Source of the DNA: Candidatus Moraniibacteriota bacterium
GTDB taxonomy: Bacteria > Patescibacteriota > Minisyncoccia > Moranbacterales > UBA11712
DNA length: 64,000 bases
Assembly: GCA_030679895.1 (NCBI GenBank)
Contig: JAUXSN010000047.1
Coordinates: 65,328 to 129,327 of the forward strand
Direction: 5' to 3'
Positions 28,794 through 37,673 of the stretch are shown here, piece after piece. Under the pieces are notes generated by a model. The model was not told the DNA's origin. It saw only the letters and a list, made by a program, of their open reading frames with translations, and did no database searches. Every line of letters begins with the position of its first letter. The stretch's first letter is position 1. The translations under genes were made by a program, and so were the position numbers.

Positions 28794-29237
28794 TTATTTT
28801 CCCAAGATATTCAGCGCCTCAAGCGCGCGGATTTTGACGTTTTGAGGAGCGTCAAATTTTTCAATTTCTTCCTTCGTAAACCATCTCAGATCATTTGTTT
28901 CGCCATCTTTCGGCTTCAGCTCAAACTTACTGGCAGACGCATAGTACGTAAAATCAATATGCTGATGAAAATCATTTATGTCCTGCAGCATTATATGTAG
29001 AGGCCGGATCAGATCCCTGGTTCCATCCATTTCTAGATTCTCATCAGGATTATACAAAACTATCTCGAGCCCCGCTTCTTCTTTCGCTTCACGTATTGCC
29101 GCTTCTTCCGGCAGTTCATCACGGTCAACATGACCCCCGATCGGAAGCCATTTCTTGAGACTTTTATGGAAATGCAATAGAACCTTGTTTTCGTGAACGA
29201 TTGTGGTTGTGACAGTAAAGTGTCTTGTTATCTCCAT
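28794..29237 (-). CDS. NUDIX hydrolase
   Basis: Nudix box GGHVDRDELPEEAAIREAKEEAGLEI. Confidence 0.8.
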   Translation of the reverse strand: MEITRHFTVTTTIVHENKVLLHFHKSLKKWLPIGGHVDRDELPEEAAIREAKEEAGLEIVLYNPDENLEMDGTRDLIRPLHIMLQDINDFHQHIDFTYYASASKFELKPKDGETNDLRWFTKEEIEKFDAPQNVKIRALEALNILGK

Positions 29238-29238
29238 A

Positions 29239-30192
29239 TTATTTCAATTTATTTTCAAAAATCTTCCAAATGTTATCGTAAGTCATCTTTTTGATCAGCT
29301 CTTCGCTAACACCGATGCTCGGGAGATAATTTTCGACGAAATCTTTATACAAATAGAGCGAGGGATACCCGGACATATACGGCGGGAACATTTTTTCGCC
29401 GACTTGATGAGGCGCATGATCCGTCTCGATCCAATCTATTTTCCCTTCGAACAAATATTTTCTCAATCCTTCGACTGATTCTTTGCTCCTAAGCGGTGGA
29501 TTCATCTTGTAGAGTAACCCATCAGGCCGCGTAAGCATTTCATCTGTCCATATGACATGATGCGGCGTTACTCCACAGGTTATTTTTATCTCCTTGCGCG
29601 CTTCTTCGATCAATTCCATCGATTCGGGACAAGAAACATGGCACACATGCAGTGTTCCCGAAAATCCGGTTTCTCTCACAAGCTCGATTTGGTCTTCAAC
29701 TGATTCCGCCTCCGCTTCGTTAGGCCGGGATTGGGAATGCGTGAGCGGATTTTTGGGATCCCAGAGATCATTTTTCAAAAAACTTTCTTTTTCACAATGT
29801 ACCGCGATTACACCTTCGTAGTTCAAGCTTTTTAGTATTGCGTAAACTTTCTTTTGGTCTTCTTTTTCCAACACCGTGAGATCGCCCACCGATTTTCCGG
29901 CGAACATTTTGAGGCCGATGACATTTTTATAATTTTCGTAGCACTTCACCGCTTCTCCGAGCTGGCCTTCGTCCGCCGTCACCCCGATCCAGATGTAATA
30001 GTCGCTAATTCTTTTTTTCGGAACAAGCTTCAAGCGCTTTTTGATATCCTTTTCGGTCGTGATCGGCGGATCAGTATTGGGCATATCAAAAATTTTTGTC
30101 ACACCTTGAGCGCTCGCGACTTCCAGCGCGTGTTTGATGGTTTCTTTGTAAGATTGTTTGCCGTCGCGGCAATGGACATGAGGATCGATCAT
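29239..30192 (-). CDS. pyrC: dihydroorotase-like cyclic amidohydrolase
   Basis: MIDPHVHCRDG and DMPNTDPP at the N-terminus, TDHAPH at the C-terminus. These are type-I dihydroorotase motifs. Confidence 0.65.
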   Translation of the reverse strand: MIDPHVHCRDGKQSYKETIKHALEVASAQGVTKIFDMPNTDPPITTEKDIKKRLKLVPKKRISDYYIWIGVTADEGQLGEAVKCYENYKNVIGLKMFAGKSVGDLTVLEKEDQKKVYAILKSLNYEGVIAVHCEKESFLKNDLWDPKNPLTHSQSRPNEAEAESVEDQIELVRETGFSGTLHVCHVSCPESMELIEEARKEIKITCGVTPHHVIWTDEMLTRPDGLLYKMNPPLRSKESVEGLRKYLFEGKIDWIETDHAPHQVGEKMFPPYMSGYPSLYLYKDFVENYLPSIGVSEELIKKMTYDNIWKIFENKLK

Positions 30193-30277
30193 TTTTTTGA
30201 ATTACGAATTATGAAGGATAAATGTTTATTGTCATTCCCGTGAAAGCGGGAATCCAGATTTTTAAATTTCATCAAAA

Positions 30278-30667
30278 TTATCTATCGTAAATTTTGTCAT
30301 TTTCGATCGTCTCTCTCATATCTTTCCCAGCCAAAATTTGCTTGAAGGCGATGAATTTTACCACCTCCTCTGTTCGGTTTTCAAAAGTGTGTGAAATATA
30401 TCCCGGTTCGATCACATCACCTGTTTTCACGGTCTGCTCTTTTATTTTTCCGTTTTCTTTCCATCTCGCCACCAGCTCTCCTTCTATAATATATATCGTT
30501 TCCCAGATTTTCGCATGGTGGTGCCATTTCAAAATGGTTTTCGGCTGCTGCTCGTCATACTGAAATTCATATTCCGAAAAACCGTATATCCAGGCTTTGC
30601 GCCCTTCAGGACTGTCAAAAACTTTCGCATATTCGCGTGAAACAATTTTCATAGATTTATTTTTCAT
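30278..30667 (-). CDS. cupin-domain protein
   Basis: WHHHAKIWETIYIIEGELV is a cupin_2 motif. Confidence 0.65.
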   Translation of the reverse strand: MKNKSMKIVSREYAKVFDSPEGRKAWIYGFSEYEFQYDEQQPKTILKWHHHAKIWETIYIIEGELVARWKENGKIKEQTVKTGDVIEPGYISHTFENRTEEVVKFIAFKQILAGKDMRETIENDKIYDR

Positions 30668-31007
30668 TCCAATCAGTCATTTTTCTTTTCGCCTTTTCGG
30701 TCGTGAACCCTTTTGGATAGCGTTCTTCCAATTTCGCTATATTCTCCCCAATCACGTCTTCAATGTCCCAGCCAAAGAAATTGCAAATGGCCGCCATATA
30801 CCAAAAAGTGTCACCAATGTTTTCGCGAATTCCTGAAGTTTGATCATTTCCATGCGCGAAAGTTTTTTTGATGCAGCTTGCCACATCTCCAGCTTCCCCC
30901 GAAATTCCCAGGCCCCAGGTCATTATTTCTTCGTTGGGGTTGTCGAATTTCTTGGAAACAATTTTCACGAATTTTTGATATTCTTCAAGATTAATTTTCT
31001 TTGGCAT
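30657..31007 (-). CDS. MazG-like nucleotide pyrophosphohydrolase
   Basis: LGISGEAGDVASCIKK...NIGDTFWYMAAICNFFGWDIEDVIGENIAKLEERYP matches the MazG NTP-PPase fold. Confidence 0.75.
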   Translation of the reverse strand: MPKKINLEEYQKFVKIVSKKFDNPNEEIMTWGLGISGEAGDVASCIKKTFAHGNDQTSGIRENIGDTFWYMAAICNFFGWDIEDVIGENIAKLEERYPKGFTTEKAKRKMTDWNEK

Positions 31008-31030
31008 ATATTTTAATTAACTTTTTGATG

Positions 31031-31117
31031 CGGAAGCGGGAGGATTCGAACCTCCGGTGCCATTTCTGACACGGCAGTTTTCGAAACTGCTGCTTTCGTC
31101 CACTCAGCCACGCTTCC
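31031..31117 (-). tRNA. tRNA-Ser(CGA), class II
   Basis: Acceptor GGAAGCG/CGCTTCC with G73. 3-bp D stem with a long D loop. Anticodon stem gcagt/actgc with loop TTCGAAA. Long variable arm. Confidence 0.8.
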
Positions 31118-31120
31118 ATT

Positions 31121-31191
31121 TGGACCTGGGGAGAATCGAACTCCCGTCTCAGCAATGCGAATGCTGCGTACTACCACTATACTACAGGCCC
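31121..31191 (-). tRNA. tRNA-Ala(CGC)
   Basis: Acceptor GGGCCTG/CAGGTCC with the G3:U70 Ala identity pair and A73. Anticodon stem cagca/tgctg with loop TTCGCAT. Confidence 0.8.
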
Positions 31192-31202
31192 ATAAATAAA
31201 TT

Positions 31203-31496
31203 TTATGTAATTTTCTTCAATCTGTCCGCTTCTTCCTGGAGCAGCTGGCTATCCTCGCCGTATTCTCCCGAATGCATGCTCGATCCTTCATAACTCGTCG
31301 CTTTATGGTCAATATGAATATTGACGTGGAAGCCAAAATCCACAATTCGACAAAAAAGATGAAATCTCGGAAAAGGCTGGTCAGTGAGGCGTCGCACAAA
31401 AGCCATCTCTTCCCCTTCTCTCTTTTGAAAAGCATACCCTGCCCGGCGGAAAAAATTCGCGACGCTTGCAGATGGATTTTCGATGATGAATTTCAT
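31203..31496 (-). CDS. hypothetical protein
   Basis: ORF only (97 aa). No confident family assignment. Confidence 0.35.
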   Translation of the reverse strand: MKFIIENPSASVANFFRRAGYAFQKREGEEMAFVRRLTDQPFPRFHLFCRIVDFGFHVNIHIDHKATSYEGSSMHSGEYGEDSQLLQEEADRLKKIT

Positions 31497-31613
31497 ATCA
31501 AATAGTCATTGATGAATGGACATTAAAATACTAGCTAATCTTTCGGATTATGTAAAACTCCGTCCCGCTAAGCGGGACGGAGTTTTACGAATATGTCAGG
31601 ATTTGAAACTAAC

Positions 31614-31838
31614 CTATTTTCTTTTCTTGGTAATCAAAGCCGCAACAGCCGCGCCAATCGCCGCTCCAATACCGGCCGATATGATCGCCGCTTTTTCCGG
31701 ATTTTTTTTGACGTATTGTTCCACTTTCTTAGCCGCTTTGGCCATTTCAACCTTCGCTTTGGCAAGCTCCTTTTGCGCGAACACTTTCACATTCTTTTTC
31801 ATCGCTTCCACTTTTTTCTTGGCCTCTTTTTTATTCAT
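31614..31838 (-). CDS. YqjD/ElaB-like (DUF883) tail-anchored Lys-rich protein
   Basis: Lys/Ala-rich helical N-terminus and a C-terminal TM (AIISAGIGAAIGAAVAALI). Paired with a YqjE-like gene as in the E. coli yqjDE operon. Confidence 0.5.
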   Translation of the reverse strand: MNKKEAKKKVEAMKKNVKVFAQKELAKAKVEMAKAAKKVEQYVKKNPEKAAIISAGIGAAIGAAVAALITKKRK

Positions 31839-31845
31839 GGTATTT

Positions 31846-32163
31846 TTACTTTTTAATTATTATCAATCCAATGATTAAAGCAAAGAATCCGACCACCGCG
31901 TATCCGATTCCATTGCTGATTTTTACAAAATCGTTAATGAAAATTACAACCGCAATCAAGGCAAAGATAAATCCGATGAAAATCAGAAACATGCCGAGAA
32001 CATGCTTCTGGATGGAAAGGTAAATATTATGAAGCTGGGTTTTGATCCTTTCAACGAATCCGCCGGCTAAATTCTTGGCAAATTCTCCCAAATAGCCTTC
32101 GATTTTTTCCTTCCAGTCTGTTCCGTGACTTTCTAAATTTTCGCTTTGTTTTTTCTCTGTCAT
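31846..32163 (-). CDS. YqjE-like / Holin-X (Phage_holin_3_6, DUF1469) family membrane protein
   Basis: Two TM helices (LGMFLIFIGFIFALIAVVIFI; GYAVVGFFALIIGLIII). Confidence 0.45.
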   Translation of the reverse strand: MTEKKQSENLESHGTDWKEKIEGYLGEFAKNLAGGFVERIKTQLHNIYLSIQKHVLGMFLIFIGFIFALIAVVIFINDFVKISNGIGYAVVGFFALIIGLIIIKK

Positions 32164-32243
32164 ATATTTATCTTACTTTTATATTATCGCATTTCCTGTT
32201 GTTTCTTGCAAACAACAGGAGAGAGGAAATCTTTATGAAATGG

Positions 32244-32660
32244 CTAATTTACCATATCAAGGGGATTAAAATTTTGCTCTTTCAATTTCAAGAGGGGATA
32301 AAATAATGGCTCCGGAAGTTCGTCCCAAGAAAACCAATCCCATTTCTCCCATTTTTCAGGTTCCATAATTTTGGGCTCACCTGAATCATAATCCGCAACC
32401 ATGTGAATCGTCACTACATGCTTTCCTTCTGTTTCAGGAATATCATTCGTCACCGCTCCGAATCTGATATTTTTTATTTTTATTCCCGCTTCTTCCAGTG
32501 TTTCTCTTTTTGCGCACTTCTCCCAGTTTTCGCCAAATTCAAGCCATCCGCCTGGCGGGCTCCAGGTATTCTTCCCGTGTGAACCGATTCTTTTCCCCAT
32601 CAAGATTTTTCCATTTCGCAAGATGTATACTCCAATGCCCACTCGGACTTGTTTTTCCAT
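32244..32660 (-). CDS. NUDIX hydrolase
   Basis: Nudix box GGWLEFGENWEKCAKRETLEEAGI. Start trimmed to MEKQVRV so the CDS does not overlap the tRNA-like sequence. Confidence 0.75.
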   Translation of the reverse strand: MEKQVRVGIGVYILRNGKILMGKRIGSHGKNTWSPPGGWLEFGENWEKCAKRETLEEAGIKIKNIRFGAVTNDIPETEGKHVVTIHMVADYDSGEPKIMEPEKWEKWDWFSWDELPEPLFYPLLKLKEQNFNPLDMVN

Positions 32661-32674
32661 AAAGTTATTTAAAT

Positions 32675-32739
32675 TGGTCGGGCTGGAGGGAGTCGAACCC
32701 TCTGTTTCACGAACCTTCACCCCGCACCAAAATTCGCTT
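32675..32739 (-). other. 3-prime half of an outer Pro-type tRNA-like gene (anticodon-stem 3-prime strand, variable loop, T-arm, acceptor 3-prime strand CAGCCCG-A, encoded CCA)
   Basis: Minus-strand sequence ...TTTTGGTGCGGGGTGAAGGTTCGTGAAACAGAGGGTTCGACTCCCTCCAGCCCGACCA. Confidence 0.55.
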
Positions 32740-32810
32740 TCGGGCTGCCGAGAATCGAACTCGGATTACACGAACCCGAATCGTGCGTAATGCCACTATA
32801 CCACAGCCCG
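32740..32810 (-). tRNA. tRNA-Pro(CGG), complete and nested between the two halves of the outer tRNA-like gene
   Basis: Acceptor CGGGCTG/CAGCCCG with A73. Anticodon stem cacga/tcgtg with loop TTCGGGT. T-loop AGTTCGATTCT. Confidence 0.85.
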
Positions 32811-32861
32811 ATATTTTTGGTGCGGGGCGCGTCGCGCGTGTTGCCGATACACTACAGCCCG
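32811..32861 (-). other. 5-prime half of the outer Pro-type tRNA-like gene (acceptor CGGGCTG, D-arm GTGT-ATCGGCA-ACAC, anticodon-stem 5-prime strand CGCGA) followed by CGCGCCCCGCACCAAAAATAT
   Basis: CCCCGCACCAAAA here is a 13-bp perfect inverted repeat of TTTTGGTGCGGGG in the 3-prime half. Confidence 0.55.
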
Positions 32862-33494
32862 TTATATTATTTCTTCCGAGACTTTTTTTAGTATTTCCAC
32901 CGCTTTTTGATTATTTCTCAACTTTCCCAAATCGTCAATGATGCCATCCGCTTCTTTTTTGAGGGACAACTGCTTGCAAAGGAATATCTTGATCGTTTTA
33001 TCGGACGGCTTTTTTTCAAAATACTTGGCGACAATAGCGTACCAATGTTCCAGAGTTTCATATGAAACAATCTGATCGCTAAGTTTTATTTTCAAGTTCG
33101 GAGGATTATTCAAAAGGTGGACAAGCTTTTCCCAATTACTATATTTTTCGTAGAGCAATTCATCTTCCAGCAGCCTTGCCGGAAGGCCTCCAAAATCTTC
33201 GGCGTATTTCAGCGAATAAAAATTATATTTATTCAAAATTTCGTTTCTTTTCATATCGCACCATATATGAAATTTCCATCCGGCTTCAAAAGGAGCGAGT
33301 CCGTTGAAGTCCAGATCAAGCGTCTCAAAATTATGGTGCGTCTGGGACCGGGAGATCTCCTTGGACATCCGCCGGATATCCGGAAACAAACTTCCCAAAA
33401 TGAAACTGTCCGCCTCTTTCATCGGATGCCGGTCGAGATATTTTTTTGCGTAAACGATATGCGCGACTTGGGAAGCCATAAGCGGAAATTTCAA
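32862..33494 (-). CDS. hypothetical protein
   Basis: ORF of 210 aa. No family recognised. Confidence 0.4.
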   Translation of the reverse strand: MKFPLMASQVAHIVYAKKYLDRHPMKEADSFILGSLFPDIRRMSKEISRSQTHHNFETLDLDFNGLAPFEAGWKFHIWCDMKRNEILNKYNFYSLKYAEDFGGLPARLLEDELLYEKYSNWEKLVHLLNNPPNLKIKLSDQIVSYETLEHWYAIVAKYFEKKPSDKTIKIFLCKQLSLKKEADGIIDDLGKLRNNQKAVEILKKVSEEII

Positions 33495-33601
33495 AATCTA
33501 AATTTCAAAAAAAATCCAAATGACTAAATGTCAAAACTTTTTGGATTTCTGATTTTGAGCTTAATTTGGCATTTGAACTTTTGTATTTGAATTTCGTTAA
33601 A

Positions 33602-35161
33602 CTATTTCACCCAGTACTTATTTTTTATTTCCTTATCTTCCTCTTCTTTTTTCTCCTCAATTTTTTCTTTCGCCATTTCTCGCAGCTTCGGCAGATTTTC
33701 TTTTGACAATTCTTTCGCTCGCTTCAATAATATATTCTTTTTATTTTCCTCGGGATTTTCGATGACTTCCGAAAGCAAAACGTCCAGGATCGCGCCAAGC
33801 ATCGGACCCGGTTGCAATTTCAGTTCTTTCATCAAATCATTTCCGTTCACTTTGAGCATCTTCACCGAAAGCGGGTCGCTCGAAATTTTGTCGACCATAT
33901 ATTTGAAGTGTCGGAGCTTATACGGAACGGCTTTCGGAACGCCCGAACCAAGCCGGTCGCCGACACGAAGGTCAATCAGGTCGTCAATGTTTTCCAGCCC
34001 CACTTTTCGTACCAACCGGCGCACGCTCGAAGCGCCCACTTCGTCGACGTTATAATAGAACATATGGTTGTCGACAAGCAGCCGGACTTTTTTGATAATT
34101 TCCGAAGAATATTTCAATCTCTTCAAGATTTTCTCGACCACCCGCGCGCCGACGTGGTCATGGTTATAGAATGTTGAGTAGGCGCCTTCGCCTCTTTTGG
34201 TTTCAGGCTTGGCGATATCGTGAAACAAAGTCGCAAGGCGCACTTCCAATTTTTCTGAAGGACAATTCTTGAGAGACAAAATGGAATGTTCATAGATGGT
34301 ATAAATATGATGCCGGTTCTGCCCGACGCCGTATCCCTTTTCGAGTTCGGGAATAATATATTGAAGCAATTTCAATTCGCGCAGCAGTTCAATTCCCTCC
34401 GCCGCAAAGTCCGAAACCAAAATTTTGTTCAGCTCATCCTGAATTCGCTCAAGCGCGATGAATTTCAAATTTTTTGCGTTTTTCGCAATCGCTTTTTTTG
34501 TCTTCTCTTCGATCACAAACGGAATTCTCTCGCTCAATTTTCTCGGCCCCGTGGTTCTTTTGATATTTATATCACCGCCAAGCGTAACCGCAAACCGCAC
34601 CGCCCGCATCATCCGCAAAGCGTCCTCATCAAACCGCTCATTCGCGTCCCCCACCGCACGAATTATTTTATTTTTCAAATCTTCCTGACCGCCGAATAAA
34701 TCGATAATCTCATATCTGGGATTTTTCAAGATCCGACCTTGAGGAATTTCCCGATGAATAGTCGGGGAAGGAAAAGGTCGTACCTTAGAAAAATCTATCC
34801 GCAACGCTAGCGCATTGATCGTGAAATCCCTCCTCGACAAATCTTCTTCCAGCGTCTTCGCAAACTTCACCTCATCCGGCCGCCGCTTGTCCGAATATTT
34901 CGATTCAATACGATATGTCGTCACCTCAACAACACCAACTTCTGATTTCACACCAACGGTGCCGAATGCATTTTCATAAAAACTATCGGGAAACAATTTA
35001 GCAACTTCTTCCGGCTTCGCGTTCGTCGTCACGTCCCAATCCTTCGGTTCAACATCCATGAGAAGATCCCTCACGCACCCGCCCACAACAAAAGCCTCAA
35101 AACCAGCGGCTTCAAGTTTCTGGATAATTTCGATTATGGGTTTTGGAATTTTCTTGATCAT
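33602..35161 (-). CDS. cca: CCA-adding tRNA nucleotidyltransferase with HD domain
   Basis: Pol-beta NTase head (VVGGCVRDLLM...DWDV), poly(A)-polymerase-like body, HD motif (HDIAKP). KE-rich C-terminal tail. Confidence 0.85.
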   Translation of the reverse strand: MIKKIPKPIIEIIQKLEAAGFEAFVVGGCVRDLLMDVEPKDWDVTTNAKPEEVAKLFPDSFYENAFGTVGVKSEVGVVEVTTYRIESKYSDKRRPDEVKFAKTLEEDLSRRDFTINALALRIDFSKVRPFPSPTIHREIPQGRILKNPRYEIIDLFGGQEDLKNKIIRAVGDANERFDEDALRMMRAVRFAVTLGGDINIKRTTGPRKLSERIPFVIEEKTKKAIAKNAKNLKFIALERIQDELNKILVSDFAAEGIELLRELKLLQYIIPELEKGYGVGQNRHHIYTIYEHSILSLKNCPSEKLEVRLATLFHDIAKPETKRGEGAYSTFYNHDHVGARVVEKILKRLKYSSEIIKKVRLLVDNHMFYYNVDEVGASSVRRLVRKVGLENIDDLIDLRVGDRLGSGVPKAVPYKLRHFKYMVDKISSDPLSVKMLKVNGNDLMKELKLQPGPMLGAILDVLLSEVIENPEENKKNILLKRAKELSKENLPKLREMAKEKIEEKKEEEDKEIKNKYWVK

Positions 35162-35186
35162 AAATTTATCCTAGCACGACAAGATT

Positions 35187-35939
35187 TTATTTCAAATTTA
35201 TTTGCTTATCTTCAGCCCATAGCCAATTGATTTCAAATATGCTTTTAAGCGTGCTATATATTTTTTCGCTTTCAATAATAAGCCCAATTTTTTCTTCAAA
35301 GGCTATGACGCCGATTTTATTTTTTCCGTAGAGATTTACCTCGACGCTAAACGGGAACTTTTCTGACGGAATTAGTCTTGTTCTTCGTAAAGATTTTTCG
35401 TCTTCCTCTTTGAAGCGGATGATGCGTGGATCATCGGGAGCCAGCGCCCGAACCCAAATCTTTCTTTTCACGCGCTCTGGCACATAGTAATCATACAAAA
35501 ATTTCTCGTCGAATGATTCGATATATTTTTCCGAAATCCAGGCCAGCAATTCCTGATCTGGATAATTGAGAGTATCCATGTAGACATCTTTCAAGCCGCC
35601 TAGTCCTTCGTAAAATTTTATCTTGGGCTTTTTGTCGATGAAATTTGAAATCGACAAAAGTTCCGGCAAAATACTTTTGAGCGAAAGCATCTTTTCATTC
35701 AGCTCCTGCTCAAGTTTTCTTGGATCTTCAGCGAGATAGAGCGTGCTTTGCTTTTTAACGGTCGAACTGACGAGTCCTTTTTCTTTGAGCGTTTCAATTG
35801 CATTATACACAGTCGTTCGTTTCACGCCCGATTTCTTGGAGATTTTGGCGATATTCGCTTCACCAACCTCAAGAAGGCTCAAATACACTTGAGCTTCTTT
35901 ATCATCCAGTCCTAGGTTTTCGAGTTCTTTTTCGAGCAT
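35187..35939 (-). CDS. TrmB-family transcriptional regulator
   Basis: N-terminal winged HTH (LGLDDKEAQVYLSLLEVGEANIAKISKKSGVKRTTVYNAIETLKEKGLV) and a C-terminal TrmB-like domain. Confidence 0.7.
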   Translation of the reverse strand: MLEKELENLGLDDKEAQVYLSLLEVGEANIAKISKKSGVKRTTVYNAIETLKEKGLVSSTVKKQSTLYLAEDPRKLEQELNEKMLSLKSILPELLSISNFIDKKPKIKFYEGLGGLKDVYMDTLNYPDQELLAWISEKYIESFDEKFLYDYYVPERVKRKIWVRALAPDDPRIIRFKEEDEKSLRRTRLIPSEKFPFSVEVNLYGKNKIGVIAFEEKIGLIIESEKIYSTLKSIFEINWLWAEDKQINLK

Positions 35940-36137
35940 AATGACGTCTTTTTGGTCATCATTTATAGTATATTATATAAGCCTTTAATTGTCAATATTG
36001 CAAATATTATGACTTTTCTATGGACATATTATCAATTTTGATATATAATACCCTGTTAAGCTGAAATTGGATTCCAGTAAAAGCTTGACGCAGAACCTTA
36101 AAAATCACGCTCGATCGAGCGCAAAAGGAGAAAAATA

Positions 36138-36842
36138 ATGAATATTGAAGAAATCTTAGGCACTATTGAGGAAGTTTCGGTCAGTGATCGCGTAAAATTC
36201 TTTCGTAAGATTCGGGACCTTAACCTCAACCCGGACAAGCCCGGAAAAGTTCTTGAGGAGATGATGCAGGAAATCCCTGACAAAATAACTGAGCTAATCC
36301 GGAAAACTTCTTTCGCTCCGATAGCATTGATTGGCCGCGGACGGGCATTCGACCACGAGCTGGAAAATTTCCTCTTTTGCTTCGAAGAGGCGAATGTTTA
36401 CCTGTATCCCACTGTTACTAAGGCGCTCTGGGACAAGCTACTAAATGAAACACCAGAGCGCAATCTTTACGGGCTGAAGTTTATTGCTCGCTATATCGAA
36501 ACGCATCCCGATTGGGAAAAGTTCGCCCGTTTTATCTTCAATGATCTGTTTGACGGCCCTCGCCGGAACTGGGAAAGCCAAGATGCTGTTCTTAAAGGAC
36601 TTGTATCCGTGAATGGCCTCTGGCCTCGTGCCATCATCCAAGCCATCGAGGAATTGCCGAATACGTCGAAACTCAGATGCTTAACACGGACAATCAGCGA
36701 AGAAGAGAAGGCGCGTCGTATCGTTGACCTTCAAGGAGAATGCGAAGAAATTGAGCGCCACGGGCTCGACTCCGGGAAAGAACTCTCCGTGGAGCAATCT
36801 CACATGGTAATCAACGAGATTAACAAATTGTTCTTTGGTTAG
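36138..36842 (+). CDS. hypothetical protein, GC-richer orphan gene
   Basis: AAAGGAG Shine-Dalgarno 8 nt upstream. No recognisable family. Followed by a terminator. Confidence 0.5.
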   Translation: MNIEEILGTIEEVSVSDRVKFFRKIRDLNLNPDKPGKVLEEMMQEIPDKITELIRKTSFAPIALIGRGRAFDHELENFLFCFEEANVYLYPTVTKALWDKLLNETPERNLYGLKFIARYIETHPDWEKFARFIFNDLFDGPRRNWESQDAVLKGLVSVNGLWPRAIIQAIEELPNTSKLRCLTRTISEEEKARRIVDLQGECEEIERHGLDSGKELSVEQSHMVINEINKLFFG

Positions 36843-36853
36843 CCACTCTTTAG

Positions 36854-36884
36854 GGAAGTGTTTAATACAGCACTTCCTTTTTTC
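36854..36884 (+). terminator. rho-independent terminator
   Basis: ggaagtg-tttaataca-cacttcc hairpin followed by TTTTTT. Confidence 0.7.
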
Positions 36885-37068
36885 TTTTCACCTCACCCTA
36901 ACCCTCTCCTTAAAAAAGGAGAGGAAATTTTTTATTGAAGAAGATTCGCGATCAGCGCAATATTTTTACCAACTATCCGGAATTTCCGGATAACTGAAAA
37001 TATATTTTGCATCAGTTCAATTATGCAATTAATGCATACCGCTTTCCTACTTCTGAAAATTTCGAAAT

Positions 37069-37090
37069 GAAAAAAGAGCCCAGTGGGCTC
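37069..37090 (-). terminator. rho-independent terminator downstream of the NTase gene
   Basis: gagccca-ct-gggctc hairpin followed by a T run on the minus strand. Confidence 0.6.
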
Positions 37091-37112
37091 ATATTATTAT
37101 CAAAAAAATATT

Positions 37113-37673
37113 TTATTTTGTTTTGTTCAGAACAAAGTTCAGAAATTTTTCCGTCGCCTGAATCTTCGCCCATCTTTTGATGTATTTCCAATCAAGTTTT
37201 TTTTGAATCGCGATTATTGATTCAATATCCTCCAATTGGCGCGTGGACTTTGTCTTCTCATACCACTGCAATTTTATGAGAACAAGATCCTCAGGTGAAC
37301 AAAAATACAATTTTTTTCCGGCGATTATTTTTGGAATTCTCCTCTTGATGCGAGATTTGTCAAACAGTTCATCTTTGAGTATCCAGAAATCCACTTTCAC
37401 CCCGCTCGACGGATGGATGAAATTAAATTCCCCGCCTCTGGCGAGCGCGTCTTGAATCATTTTCTTGTCCACATATGAATCCTTGTCAATTTTTCGCAGC
37501 TCCTCAAAAATTTCATCCAACTTTTGAGGGACGAGTTCGATAACAATATCAATATCCGCTGTGAATCTGGGCCTGCCCCAAACAACCACGGCAATACCGC
37601 CGGTTATAATATAAGGGATTTTGAGTTTATTTAGCGTATTTCCTATGCGAAACAGCAGTTCTTCTTGTTCCAT
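37113..37673 (-). CDS. nucleotidyltransferase-fold protein (Pol-beta superfamily; AbiEii/MNT-like)
   Basis: IITGGIAVVVWGRPRFTADIDIVIE is a GS/GG...D-x-D nucleotidyltransferase motif. Confidence 0.5.
   Translation of the reverse strand: MEQEELLFRIGNTLNKLKIPYIITGGIAVVVWGRPRFTADIDIVIELVPQKLDEIFEELRKIDKDSYVDKKMIQDALARGGEFNFIHPSSGVKVDFWILKDELFDKSRIKRRIPKIIAGKKLYFCSPEDLVLIKLQWYEKTKSTRQLEDIESIIAIQKKLDWKYIKRWAKIQATEKFLNFVLNKTK

Noticed and set aside
31057-31293. 78-aa plus-strand ORF
   Set aside because: It is antisense to tRNA-Ser and tRNA-Ala.
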